Source of the DNA: an uncultured delta proteobacterium
Lineage (GTDB): Bacteria > Desulfobacterota > Binatia > DP-6
Direction: 5' to 3'
NCBI GenBank assembly: GCA_963815115.1
Contig: CAWFFN010000007.1
Coordinates: 448,001 to 512,000 of the forward strand
DNA length: 64,000 nucleotides
In this document: piece after piece, positions 1-10,194 of the stretch
Position numbering within the stretch: position 1 is the first letter of the stretch
Layout of the letters: each line of letters opens with the position of its first letter
The notes under the pieces: generated by a model
Told to the model about the DNA's origin: nothing
The model's input: the letters and a program-made list of their open reading frames with translations, nothing else
The model's database searches: none
Program-made: the position numbers and the translations under genes

Positions 1-1
1 C

Positions 2-1132
2 GTCGAGTGGGCGCAGGGCGCCCTGGCCATCGCGCACAACGGCAATCTGGTGAACGCCGACGCCCTGCGCGAGCGCCTCGAGATCCGGGGCTCCATCTTC
101 CAGTCGACGTCGGACTCCGAGGTCATCATCCACCTGATCGCGGCATCGCCCGCGACCACGCTCGTCGGCCGGATCGTCGATGCGCTGGCCCAGGTCCGCG
201 GCGCCTACTCGCTCGTCTTCCTCACCGAGACGCAGGTCATCGCCGCGCGCGATCCCGGCGGGTTCCGGCCCCTGGTGCTCGGCCGGGTCGGGGACGCCGT
301 GGTGGTGACGTCCGAGACCTGCGCCCTCGACCTCGTCGACGCGGAGTACGAGCGCGAGGTGCTGCCCGGGGAGATCGTGGTCATCGACGAGCGCGGGGTG
401 ACCTCGCAGCGCCCGTTCGCGCCTGCCCCCTCGCATCACTGCGTCTTCGAGTACGTCTACTTCGCCCGTCCCGACAGCCAGGTCTTCGGCCGCAACGTCT
501 ACGAGGTGCGCAAGGAGCTCGGCCGCCAGCTCGCCCGCGAGAGCGGGGTCCCCGCCGACATCGTGATCCCGGTTCCCGACTCGGGCGTGCCGGCCGCCAT
601 CGGCTACGCCGAGGAAGCGGGGCTGCCGTTCGAGATGGGGCTCATCCGCAACCACTACGTCGGCCGGACCTTCATCGAGCCGAGCAGCTCGATCCGTCAC
701 TTCGGCGTGAAGGTCAAGCTGAACGCGCTGCGCGAGGTGCTGTACGGCAAGCGGGTCGTCGTCGTCGACGACTCGATCGTCCGGGGCACGACCAGCCGCA
801 AGCTGGTCCACATGGTCCGTCAGGCCGGCGCGCGCGAGGTCCACATGCGCATCAGCTCGCCGCCGACGACCAATCCCTGCTACTACGGGATCGACACGCC
901 GACGCGCGAGGAGCTGATCGCCTCGACCCACTCGGTCGCCGAGACGCAGGCCTATCTCGCCGCGGACTCGCTGGCGTACCTGAGCCTGGACGGCCTGTAC
1001 GCGTTCGCTGGCGGCCGCCGCCAGGGCTTCTGCGACGCGTGCTTCAGCGGTCGCTATCCGGTGCCGCTCGACGACGAGGGGCACAAGCGCCAGCTGCACC
1101 TCTTCGAGGCGCGCGAGCGCCCGGAGCGCTAG
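2..1132 (+). CDS. purF: amidophosphoribosyltransferase (5' end outside window)
   Basis: [39 protein letters not shown] motif [19 protein letters not shown]; frame is open to the window edge. Confidence 0.97.
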   Translation, partial: VEWAQGALAIAHNGNLVNADALRERLEIRGSIFQSTSDSEVIIHLIAASPATTLVGRIVDALAQVRGAYSLVFLTETQVIAARDPGGFRPLVLGRVGDAVVVTSETCALDLVDAEYEREVLPGEIVVIDERGVTSQRPFAPAPSHHCVFEYVYFARPDSQVFGRNVYEVRKELGRQLARESGVPADIVIPVPDSGVPAAIGYAEEAGLPFEMGLIRNHYVGRTFIEPSSSIRHFGVKVKLNALREVLYGKRVVVVDDSIVRGTTSRKLVHMVRQAGAREVHMRISSPPTTNPCYYGIDTPTREELIASTHSVAETQAYLAADSLAYLSLDGLYAFAGGRRQGFCDACFSGRYPVPLDDEGHKRQLHLFEARERPER

Positions 1133-2733
1133 GCTTCTTCCGGCCCGCCGTTGCGGCCGCGGCGGACGACGGTGTCCCTCACCCACGCCGGGTCGGTGTC
1201 CGGGTGGTCGATCGTGTAGTGCAGGCCGCGGCTCTCCTGGCGGCGCTGCGCGCAGGTGACGATGAGGTCGGCGACCGTGGAGATGTTGCGCAGCTCGGCC
1301 AGGTCGCTGGTGAGCAACACGTGCCAGTAGTACTGGCGGATCTCCTCCTGCAGGAGGGCGATGCGCTGGCGGGCGCGCGCGAGCCGCCGGTCGCTGCGCA
1401 CGATGCCGACGTAGTTCCACATGAAGCGGCGGATCTCGTCCCAGGTCTGCGTCACCACCACCAGCTCGTCGCTGCCCGTCGCCGCTCCCGGATCCCAGGG
1501 TCGGAGCGGCGGCGGGGCGGCACGGTCGCCTGCCAGCGCGGCGCAGGCGTGCGCCGAGGCGCGCTGCGCGAAGACGAGCGCCTCGAGCAGCGAGTTCGAG
1601 GCCAGGCGGTTCGCGCCGTGGAGTCCGGTGCAGGCGTTCTCGCCGCAGGCGTAGAGGCGGGGCAGGGCGGTCCGGCCGTGCAGGTCCGTGACCACTCCGC
1701 CGCAGCAGTAGTGGGCGGCGGGGACCACCGGCACCGGGCCGCGGGTCAGGTCGAAGCCGAAGCGCAGGCAGCGTTCGGTGACCGTCGGGAAGCGCGTGCG
1801 GATCCACTCCGGGTCGCGATGGCTGATGTCGAGGTAGACGCACTCCCAGCCGTGCACCTTCATCTCGTTGTCGATGGCGCGTGCCACGATGTCGCGCGGC
1901 GCCAGCTCGGCGCGCGGGTCGTAGCGCCGCATGAAGGGCTCGCCGCCGGGTGACCGCAGGATGGCTCCCTCGCCGCGCAGCGCCTCGGTGAGGAGGAACG
2001 ACTTCGCCTCCGGATGGTAGAGGCAGGTGGGGTGGAACTGGATGAACTCCATGTTGGCGACGGGTGCGCCGGCCCGATACGCCATCGCGATGCCATCGCC
2101 CGTCGCCACGTCCGGGTTCGAGGTGTAGAGGTAGACCTTGCCCGTGCCGCCCGCGCACAGGAACGTCGCCGGTGCGATCATGCGGTGCACCTCGCTGGTG
2201 GCGCGGTCGAGGACGTAAGCGCCCCAGCAGACGGGCGGCTCGCCGGAGCGGTCGAGGAGAAGATCGACGGCGAGGTGGTTCTCGAGGATGCGCACGCGGG
2301 GCGTGGCACGTACCGCCTCGCTGAGCGCGCGGATGATCTCGTGTCCGGTCGCGTCCAGGGCGTGCAGGATGCGCCGCTGGGAATGCCCACCCTCCTGGCC
2401 GAGATCGTAGGCCCAGCCTTCGGGATCCTCCCGGCCGTCGAAGTGGACGCCCAGGCCGATGAGGTCGCGGACCCGGTCCGGACCCTCGCTCACGACGGTG
2501 GCGACGACGTCGCGATGGCAGAGCCCCGCTCCCGCCCGCAGCGTGTCCTCGATGTGTGACTCGAACGAGTCGTCCGGGCTCCAGACCGAGGCGATGCCGC
2601 CCTGGGCGTACCGGCTCGAGCTCTCCGGCAGGCGGTCCTTGGTGACCAGCAGGACGCTGCCCGATGCGGCGCAGCGCAGGGCGCAGGTGAGCCCGGCAAT
2701 GCCACTGCCCACGACGAGGAAGTCGGCGTCCAT
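1129..2733 (-). CDS. nadB: L-aspartate oxidase
   Basis: GSGIAGL FAD motif, [55 protein letters not shown]. Confidence 0.96.
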   Translation of the reverse strand: MDADFLVVGSGIAGLTCALRCAASGSVLLVTKDRLPESSSRYAQGGIASVWSPDDSFESHIEDTLRAGAGLCHRDVVATVVSEGPDRVRDLIGLGVHFDGREDPEGWAYDLGQEGGHSQRRILHALDATGHEIIRALSEAVRATPRVRILENHLAVDLLLDRSGEPPVCWGAYVLDRATSEVHRMIAPATFLCAGGTGKVYLYTSNPDVATGDGIAMAYRAGAPVANMEFIQFHPTCLYHPEAKSFLLTEALRGEGAILRSPGGEPFMRRYDPRAELAPRDIVARAIDNEMKVHGWECVYLDISHRDPEWIRTRFPTVTERCLRFGFDLTRGPVPVVPAAHYCCGGVVTDLHGRTALPRLYACGENACTGLHGANRLASNSLLEALVFAQRASAHACAALAGDRAAPPPLRPWDPGAATGSDELVVVTQTWDEIRRFMWNYVGIVRSDRRLARARQRIALLQEEIRQYYWHVLLTSDLAELRNISTVADLIVTCAQRRQESRGLHYTIDHPDTDPAWVRDTVVRRGRNGGPEEA

Positions 2734-2839
2734 GCCCCGGAGGGGTCAGCTTTCCGTGGCCGGTGCCGCCGGGTCAAGCGCCGGAGGGGGAGGGGCGCGA
2801 GTTGACCTCCAGGCGGTCGATCCGTATGCTCCGCCCCCA

Positions 2840-3496
2840 ATGCGGGCTGCGGCAGGGGTGGCGGTGGCGCTGGGGGTGCTCGCCGCGCCCGTCCTTGCAG
2901 CCGCTGCCGACATCTACCTGCTGCGCGACCGTCAGGGAGTTCTGCACCTGACCAACACCCCGGTCGACCCGGGGTCGAAGCTCGTGATCCGCCAGCCCCC
3001 CCGGGTCCCGTTCCCCAGGGTGATCACCCTCGAGCCCATGGGGCCGCGGCTCCCGCAGCTGGTCGTCCCGCAGGGCGCTCCCTCCGCCTACGACGGACTG
3101 ATCCGCGTCATTGCCGACCGCTACGATGTCGAGTATGCGCTGGTGAAGGCGGTCATCAAGGCGGAGTCGGGGTTCAACAACCTGGCGGTGTCACGCAAGG
3201 GCGCGCAGGGACTCATGCAGCTCATGCCGGAGACGGCGGCGGAGCATCAGGTGCAGGACTCGTTCCTGCCGCAGGACAACATCGACGGCGGCGTGCGCTA
3301 TCTGCGCCGCCTCCTCGAGCGCTACGGGGGCAACCTCGTGCTCGCTCTCGCGGCGTACAACGCCGGTCCCGCGCGCGTGGACGAGGCCGGCGGCGTCCCG
3401 GACATTGCCGAGACCCGTGAGTATCTCACGAGGGTTCTGCGCTACCGCCTCGGCTATCTCCGGGAGAGCGCAGGTGTCCGCGAGGCCCGTCGCTGA
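2840..3496 (+). CDS. SLT-family lytic transglycosylase with signal peptide and N-terminal DUF4124-like segment
   Basis: VIKAESGFN, SRKGAQGLMQLMP, ALAAYNAG; hydrophobic N-terminus from ATG 2840. Confidence 0.9.
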   Translation: MRAAAGVAVALGVLAAPVLAAAADIYLLRDRQGVLHLTNTPVDPGSKLVIRQPPRVPFPRVITLEPMGPRLPQLVVPQGAPSAYDGLIRVIADRYDVEYALVKAVIKAESGFNNLAVSRKGAQGLMQLMPETAAEHQVQDSFLPQDNIDGGVRYLRRLLERYGGNLVLALAAYNAGPARVDEAGGVPDIAETREYLTRVLRYRLGYLRESAGVREARR

Positions 3497-4088
3497 TACG
3501 GCAGCGCGCGGCGGTCGAGCCATCGCGCTTCCGAACCTGCTGAGCCTGCTCCGCATCGGCCTCGTGCCGGTGCTCGTCATCGTGCTCTTCTGGTCGGGTC
3601 CGCCCGCACGCGCCCTGGCCGGATTCCTCTTCCTGATCGCCTGCATCACCGACTTCTTCGACGGCTGGGTGGCGCGCCGCCAGGGTGTCACGACGGCGCT
3701 GGGTCAGTTCCTCGACCCGCTGGCGGACAAGCTCATCGTCGTCTCGGTGCTCATCATGCTGGCCGCGCTGCCCCCCGAGCCGCGGGTGCCCGCGTGGATG
3801 GCCGTGGTGATCGCGGTGCGGGAGCTGGCGGTGACCGGGCTGCGCGGCATCGCGTCGCAGCACGGCATGGTCCTCGCCGCCGACGAGCTCGGCAAGTACA
3901 AGATGATCTTCCAGATGTTCGCGCTCCAGGCGCTCCTCGTGCACTACGAGTATCCCATCCCCGGCACCGGGCTCCGGGTCGACTTCTACGCCGCCGGCAT
4001 GCGCTTCCTGTGGGTCGCGCTCGCCCTGGCGGTGTGGTCGGGCGTGGACTACTCGGTGCGCGTGCTGCGACGTCTGGCGCTCGACTGA
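3474..4088 (+). CDS. pgsA: CDP-diacylglycerol--glycerol-3-phosphate 3-phosphatidyltransferase
   Basis: LPNLLSLLRI, TDFFDGWVARR, GQFLDPLADK, RELAVTGLR, GKYKM; GTG at 3474 after GGGAGAG. Confidence 0.93.
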   Translation: MSARPVADTAARGGRAIALPNLLSLLRIGLVPVLVIVLFWSGPPARALAGFLFLIACITDFFDGWVARRQGVTTALGQFLDPLADKLIVVSVLIMLAALPPEPRVPAWMAVVIAVRELAVTGLRGIASQHGMVLAADELGKYKMIFQMFALQALLVHYEYPIPGTGLRVDFYAAGMRFLWVALALAVWSGVDYSVRVLRRLALD

Positions 4089-4783
4089 CGCGCAGCCGTC
4101 GGTCGCTGGCGGAGACGTCCGCGGGTCCCGCGGGTGGGAGCCGGGGTTCCCGGCGGCGGGCTCCGCGACGCGGGATCGTCGTCCCGGCGAAAGATGCCCC
4201 GCAGGAAGAGCGCCGCCGTGGCTCGTTCCATGCGCTCGAGGCCGCGCTCGCCGCGCAACGGTTCCCCCAGGTATCGCACCAGGCCGGCCTCGAGCAGATA
4301 GGCGCCGACGTCGATCAGGACGACGTGGAGCACGGTCCAGTCGAGATCGAGATCCGGGCGGAGCAGCCCCGCGTCGCGGAACCGGTCGATCTGCGCACGG
4401 GCCACGCCGAGGAGGCTCTCGAACAGCGCAACCCCGGTCGCATCGCCCTCGAGGAGGGACCGCCCGATATAGGCAAACGCGGCGGGGTTCTCCCGGATGA
4501 ACGCGGAGATCCTGTGCGCGATCCGCGTGGTCGTCTCCGCGGGCGACCCGTCGGGGAACAGGTCGCCGAGCGCCTCGACGGCCCGGCGTGTGACGAACTC
4601 CTCGACTGCATGGCGCAGGCGGGCCTTGGAGCCGAAGTGATGCTGCACGAGGCCGGGCGAGACCCGTGCCGCCCGTGCGACGTCGCGGATCGAGGTGGCC
4701 GAGACGCCGCGCGCCGCGAACTCGTGGAGGGCCGCATCCCGGATGCGGGCGGCGGCGGTCAGGTCGGTGTCGACGGGGGCCAT
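4049..4783 (-). CDS. TetR/AcrR family regulator
   Basis: RIRDAALHEFAARGVSATSIRDVARAARVSPGLVQHHFGSK helix-turn-helix. Confidence 0.9.
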   Translation of the reverse strand: MAPVDTDLTAAARIRDAALHEFAARGVSATSIRDVARAARVSPGLVQHHFGSKARLRHAVEEFVTRRAVEALGDLFPDGSPAETTTRIAHRISAFIRENPAAFAYIGRSLLEGDATGVALFESLLGVARAQIDRFRDAGLLRPDLDLDWTVLHVVLIDVGAYLLEAGLVRYLGEPLRGERGLERMERATAALFLRGIFRRDDDPASRSPPPGTPAPTRGTRGRLRQRPTAARQSSARRRSTRTE

Positions 4784-4817
4784 ACGACTGTATTGTATCC
4801 GATGCGAGCGTATTGTA
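4782..4817. promoter_or_regulatory. divergent promoter / probable TetR operator; tetR transcript likely leaderless
   Basis: ATAC-GACT-GTAT dyad overlapping the start codon; GTATTGTA repeated; minus-strand TACAAT 8 nt before the ATG. Confidence 0.5.
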
Positions 4818-4885
4818 GAGAGACCCCGGCTGCGGCTTCTCCTACGGCAACGATCCGCGACAGCCAAGAACCGGAGGTGACCCGG

Positions 4886-5218
4886 ATGTCCGCGACGACG
4901 AGGCGGCGGCTCGATGCGGGCACCGGCGCGGCATTCGTCGTGCTCATCACGGTCGCGCTCGCGCTACCCGGCCAGCCGCCGAGGGCCGAGGACTCGATCG
5001 CGACGCTCACCACCGTCCTGATCGAGCACCGGCGGGCGTTCCTGCTCAGCGCCGTGGCGCTCTTGGTCGAGCGCGGCCCTTTCCAGTTTGGCGGCGTGTT
5101 CGACGTCGCGGGTGCGATCCCCGCCCTCCTGTGGATCGCGGCCCTGAGCGTGGTGATGGTGCGGGGCGTGTCCGCCGGGACCGCTCAGCCCCAGCGCGCC
5201 GCCGCGAGGGCGTCATGA
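4886..5218 (+). CDS. small membrane protein, possibly an internally deleted DUF4386-like protein
   Basis: GGAGG RBS, hydrophobic segments, stop overlaps the next ATG (ATGA). Confidence 0.5.
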   Translation: MSATTRRRLDAGTGAAFVVLITVALALPGQPPRAEDSIATLTTVLIEHRRAFLLSAVALLVERGPFQFGGVFDVAGAIPALLWIAALSVVMVRGVSAGTAQPQRAAARAS

Positions 5219-5601
5219 CCACGGACCTGAGGATGCTGGCCGCCAGCGCCGTGCTCACGATGGTCCTCGTATCCGGCAAGGGCGTTGCCATGTGGATGAC
5301 CTGGCCGGTGCGGGATGTGCTGGGCAACAGGGACGATCCACCGCCGCTCCCGGCATGGGCCTGGAGGGCGGATCGTGCCCATCGCAACATGCTGGAGAAC
5401 TTCCCGCACTTCGCCGCCCTCGTGGTGGTGGTCAGCATCGCGGGGCTGAGCAACGCCCAGACCGCTCTCGGGGCGATGATCTTCTTCTGGGCTCGGGTGG
5501 CGCACGCGGTGCTCTACATCTCCGGAGCGTGGCGGCTGCGCTGGATCGCCTTCTTCACGGGGGTGGCGGGGGAGCTGCTGATTCTCCAGCGGCTCCTCTG
5601 A
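5215..5601 (+). CDS. MAPEG family membrane protein
   Basis: RADRAHRNMLENFPHFAALV and FFWARVAHAVLY motifs. Confidence 0.88.
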   Translation: MTTDLRMLAASAVLTMVLVSGKGVAMWMTWPVRDVLGNRDDPPPLPAWAWRADRAHRNMLENFPHFAALVVVVSIAGLSNAQTALGAMIFFWARVAHAVLYISGAWRLRWIAFFTGVAGELLILQRLL

Positions 5602-5779
5602 CGCGTCGGGTCGCCGGCCCCGGGCCCCGCGGGCATCGTCCGACCTGTCTGCCCCCCAGCCGAGGGCGAACCGCACATTGTTCGCTCCGATTGAACGCCC
5701 CTTCGCTGAACGCCGACGAAGGGATGCCGGCCATGGGGGCCGGCACCCCGTCCCGGCCACGACGGAAGGGAGCGAACAC

Positions 5780-6340
5780 ATGAAAAGCGGACTCATCGTT
5801 GGCAACGGACCCCGACAGGTTCGGGACGCGACCATCCCCCGGGTGCGTGGCGAGCGACGCCGCATCGCAGCCGGCCTGGCGCTGCTCGGCGGCCTCGCGC
5901 TCCTCGCGCTGCCGGCGCAGGCGGACGTCGGGTCGTCACCCGGGAAGACGACGGCGGCCCGATCGGCAAGCGGCCTCGACCTCAGCGGCTGGCCCAGCGT
6001 CAACGCTCAGCTCTACAAGGGCAAGCGAGGGACGATGCTCGTGGTGCACGGCGTGGTGGCCGCACACGCTCAGGGCGCCATCCTGGTCGCCGGCGTGAAG
6101 GCGAACGGCATCGCCATGGAGCCGACCGACTTCGCCGGTGATTCGAGCATCTACTCGACCGACTGCCAGGGGGTCTGCAGCGTCTCGGGAACCTGGTGGC
6201 TCGATCTGGACCTGGCGGAGCAGGCGCATCCCGGCATGTTCGTCAACGTGCCGATCAACGTCACGCTGCTCGGTCAAACCATGGTCACGGGCACACAGTT
6301 CTACAAGATGTCGGTGATGGCGACGCTGACGAAGAAGTAG
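5780..6340 (+). CDS. hypothetical secreted beta-rich protein
   Basis: AAGGGAG RBS; signal-like LALLALPAQA; coding-like GC3 bias. Confidence 0.6.
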   Translation: MKSGLIVGNGPRQVRDATIPRVRGERRRIAAGLALLGGLALLALPAQADVGSSPGKTTAARSASGLDLSGWPSVNAQLYKGKRGTMLVVHGVVAAHAQGAILVAGVKANGIAMEPTDFAGDSSIYSTDCQGVCSVSGTWWLDLDLAEQAHPGMFVNVPINVTLLGQTMVTGTQFYKMSVMATLTKK

Positions 6341-6408
6341 CGCTTGGCGTGGAGAACAAGCCGGCGAGCGGATCGGGACGGCCGTCACACCCGCCGGTCG
6401 CGTCTCGA

Positions 6409-7305
6409 TCAGGGGCAGAACTTGTCATAGTACAGCAGGACCGGCGTACCGATCACGATGATCTCGCTGCAAGACGCCGCATGCAGACTGCAGATCATGC
6501 TCACATCCGCGAAGATGATGCACCCGCAGCTGGGATTCGCATCGCACGAGGCCTGGCACGCCCCGCGCGTCGTATCGAACATGACGCCAATCTGATGATT
6601 CTCCTCCGGGGAGCTGAAGTCGGCCCTGACGCCGCAGATCATCATCGTGGTGCTCGTGGTCGTCGACGTGGTGGTGGTCGTCGTCGAGCTGGTGGTCGTG
6701 GTGGAGGACGTCGTCGTCGTGGTGGAGGTCGTCCCGCCGCCGAGAACGTCGATCGCCGCGTCGGCCGTGGCCTCGACTGCAGCGCAGCTCGACGTCTGGG
6801 CCTGGCAGTCGCCCTTGCTCTTCGCCTTGCCGCACGCGGCGGTGAAGTTGCCTTCGCACTTCGTGAGCTTGGCGGGGTTGACGGCGCCGCCGGCCTCCTG
6901 CGCCGCGGCGTGGACCCTGAGCTTGCAGCCGACCTTCTTGCCGACGGCCCTCGTGACGGCGCCGTCGCATTTCGACGCCGTCTGCGTCGGCGTCCCCCTC
7001 AGCGCGTCGACCGCGGCATCCGCCGTGGTCTCGAGCTCGGGACAGCTCGATGCCTGCGCCTGGCAGCCGCCCTTGGCCTGCGCCTTTCCGCACTTGCCAG
7101 CGAAGGTCGCTTCGCAGCCGCTGAGCCTGCTCGTGTTCACGGCGCTGCCGGCTTCCTGCGCCGCTGCGAACGTCTTCAGCTTGCAGCGAACCTTCCGGGC
7201 CAGCGCCGTCGTGACGCGGGCGTCGCATTTCGACTGTGCCCAGGCGGCGCCTCCCAGCGCCAGCGAGAGCGCCACGAGCCCGCCGACCACAACCGTGTTT
7301 CGCAT
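6409..7305 (-). CDS. secreted Cys-rich protein: two tandem ~85-aa repeats, Thr/Ser linker, C-terminal PAN/Apple-like domain
   Basis: Signal peptide; repeated SKCD..CKL..AAAQEAG..CE..F...CGKA...G.CQAQ.SSC; TTSTTTT linker; CQASCDANPSC..F....CSL. Confidence 0.75.
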   Translation of the reverse strand: MRNTVVVGGLVALSLALGGAAWAQSKCDARVTTALARKVRCKLKTFAAAQEAGSAVNTSRLSGCEATFAGKCGKAQAKGGCQAQASSCPELETTADAAVDALRGTPTQTASKCDGAVTRAVGKKVGCKLRVHAAAQEAGGAVNPAKLTKCEGNFTAACGKAKSKGDCQAQTSSCAAVEATADAAIDVLGGGTTSTTTTTSSTTTTSSTTTTTTSTTTSTTMMICGVRADFSSPEENHQIGVMFDTTRGACQASCDANPSCGCIIFADVSMICSLHAASCSEIIVIGTPVLLYYDKFCP

Positions 7306-7554
7306 GGGCCGCCCCCCGTCAGATCGAATGCGATGGAGGGCGATAGCACGGCACGGCAAACGGAGGAAGCACCCTCGGAGGTTTCTGACAAATCGCGGGG
7401 TAGGCTCCCACCCCTACCTGCCGAACCTGTGGCAGAGCCGAGGCCGGGCTGCCGGAGCATCGGCCTTGCAGGGCACCGACCACCGAAAAGCGTAGGCTGG
7501 CGCGGCTTCTTCGACCGCCGTGCAGCGGGTGGGCAGGTCACTCCCTTCGTGCCC

Positions 7555-8031
7555 CTATCGTCCCTTCGGCTCCGCGGACGGCTGGTTCTTCCGCGCGAGG
7601 TGCAGGAGCGTCAGCTGGTGCTTGGCAATGCGTCCGCCCGGGCGCAGGGCGATCAACCGGCGCATTTCCGAGAACAGCCACGCCGTGGCGGCGAACACGA
7701 TGTCGAATTGGCGGCCGTGGCTCTCCCAGGCCTCGAAATTCGCCGTGACCACGGAAACGCGTGGGAAGGCCGAGAGCTTCTCGGCTGCGATGCGTGCGAG
7801 GTTCGGGCCGAGCTCGACACCGATGATCTCCGCGCCGCGCTGCGCGAGCGGCCCGGTCGCGTGGCCCGTGCCGCAGCCGATCTCGAGGATGCGCGCGGAC
7901 GCGGGCGCGATCCCTGCGAGCCGGAAGAGATCGTCGAACATCTCCTCGCGGTAATAGGGCCGCGCGCGATCGTAGAGCTCGGCGATCTGGTCGAAAGTCC
8001 GCGCGCGCGCGAGCCGGCGTTCGTCGTCCAC
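7555..8031 (-). pseudogene. class I SAM-dependent methyltransferase, C-terminally degenerate
   Basis: TFDQIAELYDRARPYY, ILEIGCGTG, FDIVFAATAW, then short and divergent. Confidence 0.65.
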
Positions 8032-8123
8032 GAGGGGACAACATACCTGCGGCGGCGGCCGGGTACACGCGCCGGGCAGATGGCTGGTGAGCACGAAGAG
8101 CGACCACGCCCTTCATGCTTCCG

Positions 8124-9245
8124 TTACGCCGGGTAGCGCAGGATCGCTGCCAGTGGCTTTCCGCCGGGGATGTCGGCCGCTCGCACGCCGAGCACCCGTC
8201 CACCGGACAGGATGACGCGGCGGGCAATCTCGTCGACGATGCCGTAGCCGCCCGGTCCCGGCGCGCTGGCGAGCGTGACGGCCCCGTCCGCGTCGGCGAC
8301 CGTGCCGGGGACGACGGCGTCGATGTCCACCAGCATCGTCTCCACCGCGCCGACCGTGGCGGCGCGGGCGGCGCCGTCCAGATCGGTCGTCGCCCGGCCC
8401 TGATTCTCGCGCGCCGCGAAGGTCGCCGCCCACGCCGCGATCTGTGTCCGGTACAGCTCGTCGAGGACGGTCCGCGCCCGTGCCGCCAGGTCGGCGTCCG
8501 TGAGCCTGTCCGGGCTGCCGCCGAGCGTGATCTCGGCAAGATGGGGATAGGTGTTCACCGACCGGTAGATCGACGCGAGCGGCTCCGTGGCGGCCAGCAC
8601 CAGGGGCACCTCGAGCCCCGCCAGCGTCTCACGCAGCGCCGTATCGACCTTGCGGGCGTACTGGCGCAGCCGCACCTTCTGGCCCTCCGATCCCTGGATA
8701 CGCCCGCTGGGCGACCGGTCGTTGAGCGTCGCCTTGCCGAGCGCACCGGCGGCATCCTTCGGCATTCCCTGGACGTTCACCGCGGTGGCGGGCAGATCGG
8801 CCGAGACCTCCACGAGGCGAACGGCGCCCTCCGCCAGCGCGAGCACGTAGCCGTTGTTCGGGAAGGTCGCCGCGCGCAGCAGCGGCTTCAGGTGGAAGCG
8901 GTCGGACACCACGACGGTGGGAGATAGGGTACTGGGCACCCGAAAGGTATGGAGGTGGCCCGGTGTCGCGAGCACGGCGAGGCTGTGCGCCTGGAATCGC
9001 CAGAACTCGTCATCGTCGACGAGGTCGTCGATCTGCTCCGACACGGCCGCCACCCGACGTTTGTCGGCTCCCGCCTCGGTGAGCTGGCGGATCGCCTCCT
9101 TGCCGAGATTCCTGAACTCGATCCGGTTCGCGTCCGTGTCCTGCGTCACTGGAGTGGTCGGAAGGTAGATGGACACGCACAGGTCGTCCCGATGAGACGC
9201 GAGGGCCTTCAGCTCGGCTGCGGTCGGGATGTCGACGTACAGCAT
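8124..9245 (-). CDS. bacterial archaeo-eukaryotic release factor family (baeRF11/baeRF3-like) protein
   Basis: MLYVDIPT, CVSIYLPTTP, VSDRFHLKPLLRA, ARAATVGAVETMLVDID, AAILRYP. Confidence 0.8.
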   Translation of the reverse strand: MLYVDIPTAAELKALASHRDDLCVSIYLPTTPVTQDTDANRIEFRNLGKEAIRQLTEAGADKRRVAAVSEQIDDLVDDDEFWRFQAHSLAVLATPGHLHTFRVPSTLSPTVVVSDRFHLKPLLRAATFPNNGYVLALAEGAVRLVEVSADLPATAVNVQGMPKDAAGALGKATLNDRSPSGRIQGSEGQKVRLRQYARKVDTALRETLAGLEVPLVLAATEPLASIYRSVNTYPHLAEITLGGSPDRLTDADLAARARTVLDELYRTQIAAWAATFAARENQGRATTDLDGAARAATVGAVETMLVDIDAVVPGTVADADGAVTLASAPGPGGYGIVDEIARRVILSGGRVLGVRAADIPGGKPLAAILRYPA

Positions 9246-9339
9246 CGCCCGATCGGAGCACGATCGTCGCGGACGTACAAGGGAGCCGAATCGCTCGCTA
9301 CGGAAGCGCCGCGGGCTGGCAGGGCCAGGACGAAATATC

Positions 9340-9503
9340 CGAACCTCGCCGCCGAGGGCCCGCCGGACACCGTGGCGCGCTCGATCTCGGGCCCCCGGAC
9401 CGCGAGCGTGAATGATCGGTATCAGATCACGCAGGAGGCGGCGAGGAAGGCCGCGCTGGCGGCGATGGCGGCGCGGATCGCGGAGCAGGTCCGGGGTTCC
9501 TGA
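9340..9503 (+). pseudogene. C-terminal remnant of a tyrosine integrase
   Basis: PDTVARSISGPRTASVNDRYQITQEAARKAALAA aligns with PDVVARTITGHRTASMQSRYNITQESAQRAALAA of the integrase ending at 21038. Confidence 0.8.
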
Positions 9504-9512
9504 CGAAGAGCC

Positions 9513-9534
9513 GCATGGACACCCTGCATGGACA
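9513..9534 (+). repeat. tandem arm-type integrase site pair (older element)
   Basis: GCATGGACA x2 at 13-bp period, between the integrase stop and the tRNA promoter. Confidence 0.55.
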
Positions 9535-9566
9535 TCGGTTTGGAACGAACGACCTCGGCCCGGTGG

Positions 9567-9595
9567 TTGACCCCCGAAAGGCGAGCGGCTACAAG
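9567..9595 (+). promoter_or_regulatory. sigma70-type tRNA promoter, copy 1
   Basis: TTGACC-N17-TACAAG, homologous to 21104-21131. Confidence 0.65.
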
Positions 9596-9608
9596 CACTT
9601 CCGCTCTT

Positions 9609-9649
9609 GCGGGTGTAGCTCAGTTGGCTAGAGCGTGTGCTTGCCAAGC
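9609..9649 (+). pseudogene. 5' half of tRNA-Gly(GCC); attL of the left element
   Basis: 41 nt identical to 21146-21186; identity stops 2 nt after the anticodon loop. Confidence 0.93.
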
Positions 9650-9747
9650 TGCTGAGGACCCGACCCGTAGCCGTCTAGAACCAGTGATAGCGGGGGCTTG
9701 CGCGTGGGTGCGTAGGCCACAGCAGGCCCCCGCTCGGCTACCGATCT

Positions 9748-9765
9748 GTTGACGCGCGTTGACGC
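9748..9765 (+). repeat. arm-type integrase binding repeats, left end
   Basis: GTTGACGC-GC-GTTGACGC about 100 bp from the core. Confidence 0.7.
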
Positions 9766-9795
9766 AGGCTGAGACGGGCGGCGGCGCGAACCAGA

Positions 9796-10189
9796 TCAGA
9801 AGGGGTCATTCCCACCCATCCACTCCCGCAAGCCAGGGGTCAACGAGTGGTTCGTCTTGCAGGTACGGCAGTGGAAGGTGTGCCTCGCCGCGTCGGGGTT
9901 TCTCGGCACCAGACTCCATCGGTCGTTCGCGGCACAGGAAGGACAGAAGGGGTGCGGCTCCGGGTTGGTCGCCGACGAAACCCCACGGGATGCCATCGAG
10001 GGGTTCGACATCGTGCGGCGTGAGGCCCCGCTTGCGTTGGAGGGCCGCGACCTCTGCTGAGAGCGTCTCCAGCTGCTGCTTCTGCTGGTCGATCTGCTTC
10101 TGAAGCTCGGCGAGTGTCTCATGAACCTTGACCCACGGACGGAACCAATCCCAGCCGCGTTTCACCCAGGCCACTGGCAAGAAGTGCAT
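9796..10189 (-). pseudogene. coiled-coil plus zinc-ribbon protein, one frameshift near 9960
   Basis: LAELQKQIDQQKQQLETL in one frame continues as PEPHPFCPSC...FHCRTC in the other. Confidence 0.6.
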
Positions 10190-10194
10190 TGCCC

